The notes: generated by a model from the sequence alone, not told the origin. A DNA stretch of 64,000 nucleotides from Azolla caroliniana (GCA_043228905.1 JBHGNT010000015.1:19840001-19904000), one strand, 5' to 3'; positions 13,300-26,768 are shown, counted from the stretch's first letter. Numbers and translations: made by a program.

Positions 13300-14700
13300 G
13301 CATTGTTAACTATCACCTCCTTGTAATGGTGGAGACCGGAGATAAAGTTGGGCAAAACAAAATTTAGAGTGGAGCTAATTTAAGTGGAGGAAGATATATG
13401 CTAAAATTGGGATCTCCTATGAATTGTACTTTGTTCTCTTTGTTCAAATTGGCTATCTGTCATACCATGGGCATTTCCCCTTCGATAATAAGGGAAGACT
13501 CTTATTATGACACTATGAATATTAGTACCGATTCCCTTGCACATCTATTGTCTACTAGTCCTTATCGAATATTATCTTATTTTTGTAAAAGAATCAATTC
13601 TTATAATCTTACTCATTTGAATATTTTTGCACCCATCTCTAGCTCAAGAACCTCAATGGTTCCACCTACACACATAATGACCCCTTGTAAGTTGTGAGCG
13701 TTTGGTTCACTTTTACATGCAACCTTTGTTACTAATATATAATGTTTGTTAGAGTTTATGGGGTCACTCAAAATTCTTTCGGTGTGAAATAGGTTCAAGT
13801 TGAGGAAGACATGAATAGATCCAAACTCATGGTAAGTGGCATCTAATTTGCACATGGGGTTCACTTTTCGCATGTGACCTTGGGTATTTAGAATATGCTA
13901 TTAATGCCAATAAGGTATAATACGAGTCTATGAACATTCAGCCTTGTTCTAGTGTGAAATAGACTTGGGTCAACCATTGTGATTTGATTTCTATAAATGG
14001 TAGAGAACAAACATGGTGTCATGTGGAATCTGAGCAAATGAATGTGATTCTACACATGGATACCTTGAGAAACAAATTTAAAAAATGAAAGTAAGATTGG
14101 GATTTGCAACCATACATATAGTCATGAGAGTACAATGACTATTAGTCAACCCCAATCTTCCCAAGACGAAATATGGTTGCCCTTGAGTTAGGCCCTCGTA
14201 AATGGCAGAGCGGACTCCCATGGTTGGTGTATTCCATCACAACCCATTGATTACAAATGTAACCTCACCCTTTGAAACTATGGCTAATCATGCTCATTCT
14301 CAATCAATATCCAAGAATACACGAGGTAACATTTTCTTCGTGCGCCGATGATTTCTTATTAACGTGTTGCTTGTGTTAATGATCTTCCCTAACCTACACA
14401 TAACAGTTGGTTGTCTCAAGCAAGGAGCTAGTAATAAATCCCAAGTAGACGTTGACCCATGACGTAACGGTTCTACGGCCAAGTATTGTACATGGAAAAA
14501 AATGCATACAAAAAACCAAGGATAATCCAACAATGGTTTGCATTTGTGTTGGATGTCTAATCTCTTGTTACAAACCTTTCATGGAGCTTTATATATGTTG
14601 GATGTGTAATCTCCTATTATAAGGTTTTCATATTGCATTCATGTGTTGGATGTCGAATGACTCATTAAAGGCCTTTCATATTGATTCCTCGATTGCGAGA
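13300..14700 (-). mobile_element. Highly degraded retrotransposon remnant, possibly Copia gag-pol
   Basis: Only scattered motif-like fragments (e.g. FHMT resembling the Copia protease region near 14020); no intact ORF. Confidence 0.25.
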
Positions 14701-14989
14701 GACCTTGGAGATATTTAGATATATCATATACTTGATTAGAATGTGTTGCATTATTCAATTTTTGGTTGTAAAGCAAGGCTTCATTTGTGGTGAGCTAGTT
14801 ATAAAGCTTTTTATTCGAATTCCTAGTTTTGGAAAACTACATAGAACACACATTTTGAGGTGGGGGAGGAGGGATTGTGATTCTCGTGTTATGCTCATGT
14901 TTTTTAATAAAAAAGGGAGATGTCCTTATCCAACTTCTTTTCGATCCCATGGCCACTTTGACCCCAAGTGACAATAATATATCATCAAC

Positions 14990-14991
<2 letters not shown>

Positions 14992-15034
<43 letters not shown>
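14992..15034. repeat. (CT)n microsatellite
   Basis: Direct. Confidence 0.95.
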
Positions 15035-15038
<4 letters not shown>

Positions 15039-16013
15039 ATAGACCACTAAAGTGTCTTCTACTCGTGATATTCCATGAGTTTTTGCGAGATTCTTGTAAA
15101 ATTCAGCCTCTCAAAAGCATCCCTAGTTAATGAAAACTTAGGAAACATTTTCTATATGTAGCATCAAATTATCTCATAAGAATATACAAGGAATTTATAT
15201 ATAATTGTTGCGAATGCATGTTGCACATCCAATTTCCATTTTATGACAAGCCTAAGATGACAAGCTAACCTAAAGTTCATCGACCATTGGTTCAAAATGG
15301 TGTGAGGAGAATTGTGTTCTAATGGACCTTTGCTTGTGAACCCGTCCAGTGTTATGCATAGACTTATAAAGATATCTTAGATTGTGGATTTGTGTCGGAT
15401 TAGATGAGGGGGATATAACTATGTGTGAAATGGCCAATTACTTTTTGTTGCCAAAAGCATAACATTTGGGTTCATCCTCTACTAGTTCCCCTTTATCTTT
15501 TCATACGAAAGCATGTAATAAAGGCAAAACATAAACAAGGAAATGTACATCCAAAAGAGGTTCAAGGACTACATCTGCTCATCTTTTCTGGTAGACATGG
15601 ATTAGGATGGTGGTGTTTATCTTACTGAAAAATAGAGAATCTCCATTTTACTTATTTCTCATCTAGTTCGAATATATATGTTTTGATTCTTATTAGTTAA
15701 TGATGCTACATTTCTCCATCTCACTCTACTTTTGTAGTCGAGAGATGAATTCCCTCAATTCGAAATTATTTGTAGACTCATACTCGATTATTTGTATGAC
15801 ACTTATCCATCATTGATTTGTCGTGCTCTCTCATACAAATACTTCTAACAAATTCTATTTTCCTTCATTTTTTCATGAATGCCAATGCAACTCTTATATC
15901 CATATCATTTGAAACTTTACTCATTTACATCTGCTTAATACCTGATTGATTGATTAAAAGGTCCCCACAAACCATCACGTGCCTTAAACATGAATTTGGG
16001 TAGAGTTGGTCAT

Positions 16014-16280
16014 TAGGAATCGGCAACGGCTTGGCTTAAGCATGAACCAAACAATTTGGCGATTTGGTTTGGTTAAGGCTTGAGCTTCCTTAATTGGTTT
16101 GAGCTTGGTTTGGGATGGCTCAAGCTGAGCCGAACCGATTTGGAACAAACTAGTTAAGGCTTTACCGGCCTAGCTAAACTGGTTCAAGTTTGGAAACTCC
16201 CAAACTAGTTAAGGCTTAACCGGTTTGGTTCTGACAAGGCTAAATGGGTTAAGCCAAAACCGAACTGTTGTCGATACATA
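16014..16280. mobile_element. Second hAT-type MITE family (older, degenerate)
   Basis: TAGGAATCGGCAACGG...CTGTTGTCGATACATA imperfect TIRs, degenerate 8-bp TSD TTGGTCAT/TTGGTGAC, internal GGTTT/AACC repeats. Confidence 0.6.
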
Positions 16281-16349
16281 TTGGTGACTAGAGTTTGAAT
16301 CCCTCATAAGCATTTGATTGTTCATACCAAATTCTCGCTTCTATCTTTT

Positions 16350-16553
16350 GGGAGAAATGTCACAGGTACCCTAACTGATGGCACACCACCTCTATCGACA
16401 ACACTAGATGCCATAACATAGAAGAGAGGAGGGTAGTTTAGTAAGGTTTTGAAAGCCCAAGGATATTTTTTGGTAATTTGGGGAAATGCAGGGGTATTTT
16501 TGGTAAATAGTGAAAATGCAGGGGAAAGGGTATTCCAGTAATTTGTTTTTCCC
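16350..16553. mobile_element. Possible Mutator-like MITE remnant
   Basis: GGGAGAAA...TTTTTCCC ends and repeated GGGTATTTTTGGTAAAT motifs resembling the right arm of 12090-12370; no clear TSD. Confidence 0.4.
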
Positions 16554-16807
16554 ATCGAAATTTGCTTGTTTTCTTCCTTCCCTTTTCTACTGAGCTTTCT
16601 TTAGTAGCATGTATTGATTTGCTCTGTTTCCCATGGCAAAACCTACAGAAGAAGGAGGAGGAGAAGAAGAAGAAGAAAGAAAGAAAGACAGACAGACAGA
16701 CAGAAATAAAGAAAAGTAGACAAAGATGAAGGTGAAGATGAAGATGGAAATGGAGAAGAAGAATAAAGAAGAAGAAAGAAGATGAAAAATGTAGTTGAAA
16801 AGTACAG

Positions 16808-19800
16808 ATGGAAATGGAGATGATGACGAAGACGCAGATGGAAAACGTGATGAAGAAGAAGACACCATCTCCCATAACAACAAAAGGTAAGAGAAACCGC
16901 ACTTGCCCTTCATGTTTTTGCATGCTTGACCCCATCTGCTATGGATGGCATATAAAAAAATGTTCTTTTTACTCTTCTTCTTCTGGTGATGATAATAAGA
17001 AGAAGACCCATGAAGAAAAACCTGAATTATTCTTGTCAGTAGATAATGAAGAGGAAACCACGGAAGAAAAACAGCCACAGCCAGATAGCATTTCGCATAT
17101 GAAACCAGCTATGGCTTCACAATCCGTGGCCAATTATGAAGAGGAAATAATGGATTCAGAAAGGTCTTTGTACATGAAAGCAGAAAATGAACATGCATTG
17201 TCCCAGAAATTGAAGGAAAAGATGGAAGAGAATCAACCAGAAAGCATTTTGTGTGTCAAAGGATTAAAATCCACAGAAAATGGCGCATTTTCACAGGAAA
17301 TGAAAGATTTGGAAGAGAAACTACGTAATGATTTGGGAAGCTTTTTGTATGTTCAACACTTGATATCCACCATTTCTGCATTGAAAGAAGAAAATGATGC
17401 ACTGTCTCAGAAAGTGAAGAGTATGGAAGAGAACTTACATGGCCATTCAGAAAGCTTTTCATTTGTACACGGTTTGAAATCCACCATTTCAGTGGAAAAT
17501 GAGGCATTATCTCAGAAAGTAAAGAGTCTGGAAAAGAACCCACACAGTGATTTAGAAAATGTTTTGCATAAACAAGGTTTGAGAGACGCCATTTCTGACG
17601 TGAGAGCTGAAAATGATACCGTGTTTCACAAAATGAAGAGTTTGGAAGAGAACCCACATGACCATTCAGAAAGCTACTTGCATATACAAGGTTTGAAATC
17701 CAACATTTCTGAATTTGGAGTTGAAAATGATCAATTATCTCAGAAAATGAAATACTCAGAAGAAAATGCAGGTTTGAAATCTACCATTTCTGCTTTAAAA
17801 GCAGAAAACGATGCATTATTTCAGAAAGTGAAGGATTTGGAAGGTGTAAAAGAAGAACTCTTGCTTCAACTCCGGCTTTCAAAAGAAAGTGAGAGGAATG
17901 GGCTCTCTTTGATTGAGTTTCAGAGGGCTCAAGTAAAAGAGAAAAAAGTTCTTTACCAAGGAATTTTAGGGGTTTCACTGAAGTGTTTAGATATTGAACC
18001 TTATCCACATTTTGATCGGATTGAAAGTAGTTTGAGTGCAATGCAACATGGAATGGAGAATCCTCCATGTAGCGATCTAGTTAATGTGCAAGAGAGTTTT
18101 CATCAAGAAGAAAGAACTATGAATGATGAAAAGGATGAATTAGTTGATGAAAATCACAAAGAAAAGACTATAATGCATTTGCAGGAGTGTTATCATCAAG
18201 ATGAAATTATTCTGAGTGATGAAAGGAAAGAGTTACTTTCTCGAAGTCAGGGCTCAATAGCTAATCTTCAAAGGGATGATGATGCAGAAAATGATATTTT
18301 AGAAAATAGTGTTTTTCAAAAGGATGATCATGCAGAAGATGATGATTTTCATGAGTGTGATCATGCAATTAGTAATGTGGGTGCATTGCAACGTGGAAAG
18401 GAAAAGCCTCCATGTAGTCAATCACATAATGTACAAATGTGTCTAAATCAAGAAGAAAGAGTCTTAAATGATGAAAAGGGCAAGTTAGTTAATCAAGGTC
18501 AAGAAGTAAAGGATGATCGTGCAGTTAATAGTGCTAGGCCATCACAACATGGAGTGGAAAAGCCTCAATTTGGTCAGTTATGTGATCTTGTTACCATGCA
18601 TGAGTATTCTAATAAAGAAGAGAGAGTCTTAAAGGGAGAAATGGAGAAGCTGGTTGTTCAAAGTCAGGAAGAAAAGGACGACAGTAGGATTATATTGCAA
18701 TATGGAATAGAAAGGACTCAATGTAGTCAATCGCAGGATCTGGTTAATTTGCAAGAGTATTCTCATCAACAGGAAATAGTTCTGAATGGTGAACAGGAGA
18801 AACTAGTTGATCAAAGCCAGGAAGAAAAGGTCGATTTTCAAAAAGATGATAATGTAGAGAGAAAAGAAGAAATGGATTTGGATCGAATTGTTAGTCTAGC
18901 TTGTGGGGAAGAAGCCTATTTGCATGACTTTCTTGTAGAGGTTGATGCCCGAGTCAAATCTGGGAAGCAAGGAGATGTAGTGGACACTCCTCTCCTGCCT
19001 GAGAATCATGAAAGTGCGCTTTTTGGACACGATTCTCCTCTGAAGGCTGGTGCTACTGATACTCGTATGCAGAGTGGAAAAACCCCTGAAAGCGAAGTTA
19101 TTTTCCCTTCATTAAGTGAAAGCTCTATGTCAAGCCTATGTGCCAACAAAGCAAAAACACATTCTCGTCGCCGAGTAATGTTCATAAGGGAATCTGAGAG
19201 TGAAAATGAATCTATACATCAAAATCCTTCTGGTATAGAGACACCTATAAGAGAGTTTACTAGTAAAGCAAATGAATTACCCGATATTGGAACCCAAACC
19301 AGTAAGACTGGCACAGTTTTAACTGACTTTAAAAGAGCTCTGGACATTGATTCTGAATCTGAAGAGAGTTCATATCTTTGTGCTTTACATAGAAGTAATA
19401 AGATAGAAGCTTTGCGAGACAGAGCTTTAAAGGATAATTGTAGTCCAAACTGGTCAGGTAATGCTAGTCAACACAACAGTGAAATTGATGGATATGAACT
19501 TTCGAGTGCTCAAAGAAGGAAGAGACTAAGGACCTTATCTATCCTCAGCAGACAAAAAGATTTGAAAACTGAAGCTTCTTTAGTGTTGAATAAAGATGAA
19601 GAGAGCAGCTTGAGGCATGGTAAGGCATTCATAAATGCTTTGGCAACTTCTTCGAGGACAAGAAAACGTCTATTTGAAGACAAATGCAGAAACGAAGGTA
19701 CAAACGAGAGTGTCACCTCTTCTAGTCTGGATGGTTTTATTGTAAGCTCTGATGAAGAAGGTTCGAAGAGTTCCGATGGAAGTGACTCAACGAGTAGAAC

Positions 19801-21076
19801 ATGGTTATCAGAAAACAATGATCAGACTCATAATATAAAAAGGATGCAAGATCTCAAGACGAGGAATTATGCTTGGGATTATGAAGCCGAAATGCTGTCA
19901 GTCTTGGATACGGATGATGAACTCTGTTTAAGGGCTGTTTGTGCCCTCAACCGAAGGCAAACCGAGGATGAACGACATGAGAAAATTTCCAAATATTTGA
20001 ATAAACGTGGTTTCAACTCTTCACATGCTGCAAGGTAAAGCTTTAATTGAATGCAAAATTTTAGCACCTTTTTTCTATGTCCATTTATTTGAATGCATGT
20101 GACAAATAAATATATTGCATCGTTGAAAGATATAATGGAAACATTGAATGTATGTCCCTCTCATACACACATGCATGCGCCTGCACACTGGCACACACAT
20201 ACACATTCCCTCCCACCTAATAACACATCCCGTGCAATATGCTCTCGTGACGCACTCCCACGACATGCACCACAACAGCACACATCCCCATGCACTCATG
20301 TACAAATGGGAAAAAGAAGAAATGAATCAACGAAAGAAGGTCAAAATAGAAAAACAGCTACAATTATGAAAATGATGTGCTAGTTTAGTTAGGCACATTT
20401 GAAATGATTACTTATGTAAATCTTCTTTACCATACCCCTGGTTTACTAGGAGACCAAGACCAACCATGGCTATTACCCATTAAAAAAGTTTTCAATTACT
20501 GATTTTTGCGAAAAATGAAGAGTATTAAATGCTTAAATATTGCTTTGTTGCTGTATGCATGAGGAGATTTTGGCTAGACCTAGAGGCTTATTTTTGTATT
20601 TTTTGCACATTTTTATTAATTTTATGATGTAAGGCTTTGTTGAACTTTATTTTTGCAGACAAAGGAATAAGTTATAGCCACTATTTCTAATCTATTACTG
20701 TATGCGTGAGGATTTGAGACTTTTTTAGTTTTCATTGTTCTTATATCTTATATAGATTTCATTGTAATCTATTATTGTAGGTGTGAAGATTTGTGACTTT
20801 TATAGTTTTAATTGTTCTTATATCTTACACAGATTTCATTGTTGTGTGCGAGAAAGTCGAGAGATCTTTGTCCATTATTTTTGTTATTTCAGGGCTTCTC
20901 GTTATTCCGAGTTCTTAACAGATGGCAATCCATCTGGACCTGTGAAGAAGTCAGTCAAAAACTTGGAGAAATATGATCCGTCTGCATTAAAATATTGCAG
21001 GATGCTTACTTTTATATACTCAAAGCAATTGTTTGATATGTATGTACATGATGATGATCCTTATTTTCCTTGCTAG
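16808..21076 (+). CDS. Large uncharacterised plant protein: N-terminal C2HC finger-like motif, coiled-coil and acidic repeats, conserved C-terminal domain (resembles Arabidopsis At5g53220-like proteins, from memory)
   Basis: Exon 1 16808-20034 (1076-codon ORF; AG|GTAAAG donor), exon 2 20893-21076 (CAG acceptor) continues in frame: WDYEAEMLSVLDTDDELCLRAVCALNRRQT...RGFNSSHAAR|ASRYSEFLTDGNPSGPVKKSV...YSKQLFDMYVHDDDPYFPC*. The start could alternatively be 17099. Confidence 0.85.
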
Positions 21077-21767
21077 TGGAAGGATTATTATGTACAGCTT
21101 TCAGGGTTTCTTATTTTGTGATATACATTTATCTACAGACTTGTAGGTGTAGAACAGTATCTTTCTGATAAAAAAATTTAAAGTCAATGGGCAGCTCCGA
21201 TCTAAATAAATCATCCTTTATATTATGGATGATGATCCTTATTTTCCTTGCTAGTGGAAGGATTATTATGTACAGCTTTCAGGGGTTCTTATTTTGTGAT
21301 ATACATTTATCTACAGACTTGTAGGTGTAAAACAGTATCTTTCTGATAAAAAATTTTAAAGTCAATGGGCAGCCCCGATCTAAATAAATCATCCTTTATA
21401 TTATGGAAGATCATCCTTATTTTCCTTGCTAGTGGAAGGATTATTATGTACAGCTTTCAGGGTTTCTTATTTTGTGATATACATTTATCTACAGACTTGT
21501 AGGTGTAAAACAGTATCTTTCTGATAAAAAAATTTAAAGTCAATGGGCAGCTCCGATCTAAATAAATCATCCTTTATATTATGGATGATGATCCTTATTT
21601 TCCTTGCTAGTGGAAGGATTATTATGTACAGCTTTCAGGGGTTCTTATTTTGTGATATACATTTACCTACAGACTTGTAGGTGTAAAACAGTATCTTTCT
21701 GATAAAAAAATTTAAAGTCAATGGGCAGCTCCGATCTAAATAAATCATCCTTTATATTATGGATGAT
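21050..21767. repeat. 178-bp tandem array x4 comprising the last codons, stop codon and 3'UTR of the upstream gene
   Basis: Units start at 21050, 21228, 21406 and 21584 and are nearly identical; each begins GATGATGATCCTTATTTTCCTTGCTAG (unit 3 GAAGATCATCC). Confidence 0.95.
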
Positions 21768-22003
21768 CTTCTGACCAACGGATTACCATTGTATTGATGT
21801 GCTTTTGTTGTTCAGACATTTATGATTTTTTGACATGCTTCATTGTGGTATGTGGATGTGAAGGTGATGAATGAAGAGGACATGCTAATGCTGTCTCTCA
21901 AAAGTATTAGGATGTTTATGAGTTGCCCAAGTGAAATATTGCTTTTTCCGAAGTTTTATAACTATATTTAGAGCTTGATAACTTAATGCATGCATTTCCC
22001 ACA

Positions 22004-22232
22004 AGTTTTTCACTTTCTTGACCATTTAAAATTCCTATAATGTGATAATACTTACTGTCTTTAGCACACAAATTGCTAAACAATTGGTATCATTAATTGT
22101 GCACATTGGTAACCTTGAGTTTTTCACTTTCTTGACCATTTAAAATTCCTATAATGTGATAATACTTACTGTCTTTAGCACACAAATTGCTAAACAATTG
22201 GTATCATTAATTGTGCACATTGGTAACCTTGA
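22004..22232. repeat. 114-bp tandem duplication x2
   Basis: AGTTTTTCACTTTCTTGACC...GGTAACCTTG repeated at 22004 and 22118. Confidence 0.9.
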
Positions 22233-23138
22233 TTGATATGGTGAGAAATAGGTTGGTATGATTAGTAATACTATGGTCTATGAACATTGAACCTTGAGTT
22301 TACAAAAGTAAGGATCTCAACCCAAGAAATTACTCCCATGCTTTGTCCACGAGTTGACGTGAATAACAAATGTAATGTCCAATTACTTTGGACATGAGAG
22401 TGAGCCTGTCACAAGTTGGAGCATTTCTCTTGGCATTTATGTTTGGAGTTGAGAACCTAAAGATGATTGAGAGGCTCACATTACGTTAGCTAGTACTTCA
22501 TACACTATGAATCCATACCTTTTTCTCTCGACCTCAATATCTATATCGTGTCTTGTCATGTGAGACCATTCACAATTTGATGGGTCATTTATGATCTATT
22601 TCATGTATAATTATCTAAATTATGTCTTTTCATGTGAGATCATTCACAATCTAATGGGTTAGTTTATGGTTTATTTCATGATTATGATGTATAGTTAAGA
22701 GTCAGATAGCAATTAGTCCTATACGGTTATGTGGTATTAGTCAAAATTGTGGTCCATTAACTCTTGAAGTTGTGCGTATGTTCATATTTAAAGATGGCAA
22801 TTGAACAAGATGTTCAACAATTAGAGGTCATATAAAGTTCCGATGTTACAATCATGGTCAAAGGTGTTAAGAAACATGGCGCAGAGAATGACAATTTAGC
22901 ATGTGTTGCATCAAAGCCATTGGAAAATAATTGCATTGAGAGCAACGAGGTTTTGGGTCACGTAGATAATGTTCACCCAATTGCGGAGTTACTAACTACC
23001 GATGACGATCATAGACTTATTCTTTGCCCTATTGTGAGATTGATTACTAGCCAATAACACCATTGTTATTAGTTGTAGATAGTGAGGACAAGATCCGAAC
23101 CTATGACATTGTTGCCATGATGGTGGTGCTAGAAAACA

Positions 23139-23270
23139 TAGGGGGATGAGTAGCACCCGGCATTGGTTCGGTTCGGTTCAGGAATGTCAAACTCAAACCG
23201 TTTAAAACCGAACTGTTAAAAAAAATTGAAACTTAAACCGAACAGAATGGAACCACGAAACCGTTTAATT
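23139..23270. mobile_element. Truncated hAT/MITE-like end
   Basis: TAGGGG start followed by GGTTCGGTTCGGTTC and AAACCGAAC motifs like the other MITEs; no partner end found. Confidence 0.4.
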
Positions 23271-23478
23271 GGCAATGAAATTAAAATATGTACATACTTG
23301 CTCTAATAGCTTAGATATCAATATCAAAGGCCACTTTTGTAGATTCCTGTAATATTACTTCAAGAGTTGAGGGGTCACAGCTGCTGCTCTGTTTCCTCCG
23401 TGTTCTCTCTCCATCTTTCCTCACAACTCTCTCTTCCCCCATTCAGCTTCCACTCAGCTTCATCCCACAGCCATAACA

Positions 23479-23771
23479 ATGGTTTGTTAATATATATATA
23501 TATATATATATTTCTTTAGTTCACTTTTTTTATGCGTTTGTCTGATCATTCCTGGTAATTCTATCTTACAGGTCAAGAGAACAACAATACGCCAAAGGGT
23601 GAGTAAGAAGGAAGGAAAGAAATCAACTGAAAAGGTATGTATTTATATATGTATGTAAGTAGTATGCATGTATGTGTGCGCGTGTGTGTGTGTATATGCA
23701 CGTCTCTATGTATGCACACACATATGCGTGTGTGAATATATACGTGTTTGTATCATTTTTGTATCTGTGTA

Positions 23772-23813
<42 letters not shown>

Positions 23814-25895
23814 GTATGTGTATAGTAACATATATACATTTAGGGTACATGTATGTATGGATGTACGTAGGTGTATATACATTTATATATGTGTATGTGA
23901 GTGTTTTTGTTTACAAATGTATGCGATATATGTAGAATGGATAGAGATATAGACGTATCATCTGTCTATAGATTGCGTAATGCTGAAAGTAATTCATGGT
24001 TTTGTGACTGGTGTTTTCCGGTTTTTGCAGGACGGTTCTTCATCCCCTAGGTAAAGTGCTTTGTTTTCCATAATTTCCTGACTCTGTCAGATATGAGTGA
24101 CTACCTTTTCTTAAAGAAAAGTTTATTTGAAGACCCAATTTGTTTCAGCTGAGATTGAGTGAACTCGGTAGAGCCTTTGGTTTGTGCATATGTAGTATCA
24201 CATAAGAAGGGAAAATCACATGATTTCAAAGAAAATTTATTTGAAGACCCAATTTGTTTCAGCTGAGATTGAGTGCACCTGGTAGAGCCTTTGGTTTGTG
24301 AATATGTAGTATCACATAAGAAGGGAAAATCGCATGATTTCAAGGAAAAATTTATTTGAAGACCCTATTCGTTTCAGCTGAGATTGAGTGCACCTGTAGA
24401 GCCTTTGGTTTGTGCATATGTAGAAGGGAAAATCACATGATTTCAAAGATAAACTTGTGGCTGTTGAGGAAAGATTTGTGTGCAGCTTGTATGCGTTCAT
24501 GTTTGGTGTTGCATAAATGCAAGATATCTCATATGTATGAAAAAACTAGAAGCCAAAAAGGACAAAATGACTGGAGTATAGAGGGCTTGATTGCCATTGA
24601 TTTTAACATTCTAGTTTGAACTTATATGCTTTTTCTTATTTAGGTCTTTGCCATTTGGCCCAATACATAATTGAGGTTTTTTTCTCCTGTATTCATTTTG
24701 TCCTTCTTAAGGGATATCAACATTTGCGAGAGGCATTCCGATGATCATCCATCCTTGTTTTAAATAGCGTTTGACTCTAATTGTTGTATACCCTGGTTCT
24801 CTTTAGTGATGGATTGAGCTCTCAGATGCAAGTGGAAAATGTTTCAAGCCTTCGGCTAAAGCGTAAAGTAAGGAAAAAGATGAAGTTCCTCTCAAGTAAG
24901 TACACAAGACTTTGCTGTAGACCAACCAGTCTTAAATAGATGCATAACATTGGCTGGTAACTTCTATCTCAGAGCTTCAAGAGACTCAACAAATATTGAG
25001 TGTAAAACCGGTTATCTCAAAGGTAACTTTCATCGAAGTTCATTTCAATATTTGATTTAATAGGCTGTCGACAGCCCACTTGCTAATGTTAGTTAGCCTT
25101 CTCTCTTCATAAAGGTGATTTTTAAACTTTCTTGAAGTCAAGGTTTTAATGATTTATCAGTTCTGTCTGACCCAAGAAATGTGTGATAAGAATTTATCTG
25201 TTTAATGTATGTATGTAAAGAAACAATTACTAAATCCCCCTTTTCATTACAAGACAAACATGGATTAAAACTTTGTAGGAAGTGTATGTTTAAAACAATA
25301 AAAAGAAATCATGCTAGATTAGGGAACCAATATTTTCATAGAACTTCATAGTTTGAGAATATTGAGCTAAATGTTTTCATGTTAGAAAAAGAAAGAAAAT
25401 GAACACATTCAAAAGAGTTAATGCTTGTAGTGGTGTGCCATTATAATTTGTGTTACTCTCTCATCAGAGAAGGCGTAGCCAGAAGAAATCAGCTCTAAAT
25501 TCCCTGTCTTCTCTTGCCGATGTATTACCTACATTACAAGATACAACCAAAGAAGGAAATGCAACAAAATTGCCCAAAAAGAAACAAGGAAATGCTCGCC
25601 GGAAGCTCGTGTAAAGAGTTTTGTTTTAATGATATTTGAATGCATTTTCTTAGTTTTCCAGATCTGGAAATGGTGACACTTAAATATTTATGTTTATAGG
25701 GTTCATGAAACGAAGCAATTATCAAAGGTTTTGGAACATCCAGAATTCAAATCAGATCCGTTCTCAGCAATTCAGCAACATCTTGCTAAAACATTAAGAA
25801 GTCCACAAGTTGAGGATACCATGATGAAATCGGCTACCAAGGCACATTCTAAGAAAAGGCGTCACAAACAAAAAAAGAAGGTTCTTGAACTATAA
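23479..25895 (+). CDS. SLX9/FAM207A-like ribosome biogenesis protein (~175 aa)
   Basis: Exons 23479-81 (ATG only), 23572-98, 24031-50, 24807-95, 24973-25022, 25468-25610 and 25700-25895 have GT-AG borders and join in frame (528 nt): MVKRTTIRQRDGSSSPS...RLKRKVRKKMKFLSKLQET...LSSLADVLP...ARRKLVVHETKQLSKVLEHPEFKSDPFSAIQQHLAKT. The C-terminal VL.HP.F..DP..AI..HL..T motif matches SLX9. Confidence 0.8.
24117..24449. repeat. ~114-115-bp tandem repeat x3 in SLX9-like intron
   Basis: TTTATTTGAAGACCC...CAGCTGAGATTGAGTG...CATGATTTCAA units at ~24122, 24236 and 24351; the third has a small deletion. Confidence 0.9.
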
Positions 25896-26139
25896 TGGTT
25901 TTAAATATTCTGTCTCTATACATTCACGGGAGACTACTGTAGTCTAGGGACATAACAATACAGAACATTCAAGCAATCTTTTCCTATCTATGAATTGATG
26001 TGTTCAAAAAAATAAAAACTTGGAACAATTTTGAGATTTTATCAATATTAACAAACAAATAGTATGTAATTGGAGCTATCTTGTATCAATACTTTCAAAG
26101 GCTTGTGAAAATGCAGGATTGATGAGGACTTTTTATCTG

Positions 26140-26553
26140 GTAATCACAATACTAATTTCATATATGGTAGGTATTTCCAATAAGCAAAATCGTTTGTAGT
26201 CAAATCAGTCTCAGATGTATCGGATTTGTGAGCCTTGTTTTCATTGTTGTAGCAACAATTTGTAGTACTAGAATCATATACAAATCCACGGATAATCAAA
26301 CATTTCTTATATCTCTTATAGTGTCTACTACTGGACAAACAAACCAGTAATCACAATACTAATTTCATATATGGTAGGTATTTCCAATTAGCAAAATCGT
26401 TTGTAGTCAAATCATTCTCAGATGTATTGGATTTGTGAGCATTATTTTCATTGTTGTAGCAACAATTTGTAGTACTAGAATCATATAGAAATCCACAGAT
26501 AATCAAACATTTCTTATATCTCTTATAGTATCTACTACTGGACAAACAAACCA
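26140..26553. repeat. 207-bp tandem duplication x2
   Basis: TAATCACAATACTAATTTC at 26141 and 26348, colinear to CAAACAAACCA. Confidence 0.9.
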
Positions 26554-26768
26554 TTAATTTTGAGAATATGATGTCTGCAATTTTCTGCTTAAAAGCATTT
26601 GAAAAATAATTGGAACTTGTCTAGAATGAGGGAATATGATGACATTCTTTTGCTTAAAAGCGTTTGAAAAATAATTGAAACTTGTCTAGCACGTGGGTTG
26701 TTAAAGAAAATGAACTCATTAAGACCAGATTGCAGGATATCTAAGTCATAACTCATCAACCTACATTG

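Noticed and set aside
16438-17078. Minus-strand 163-165-aa ORFs
   Set aside because: Antisense translations of GAA-rich low-complexity sequence; no motif.
26144-26554. Twin 64-67-aa ORFs
   Set aside because: A by-product of the 207-bp duplication; no recognisable protein.
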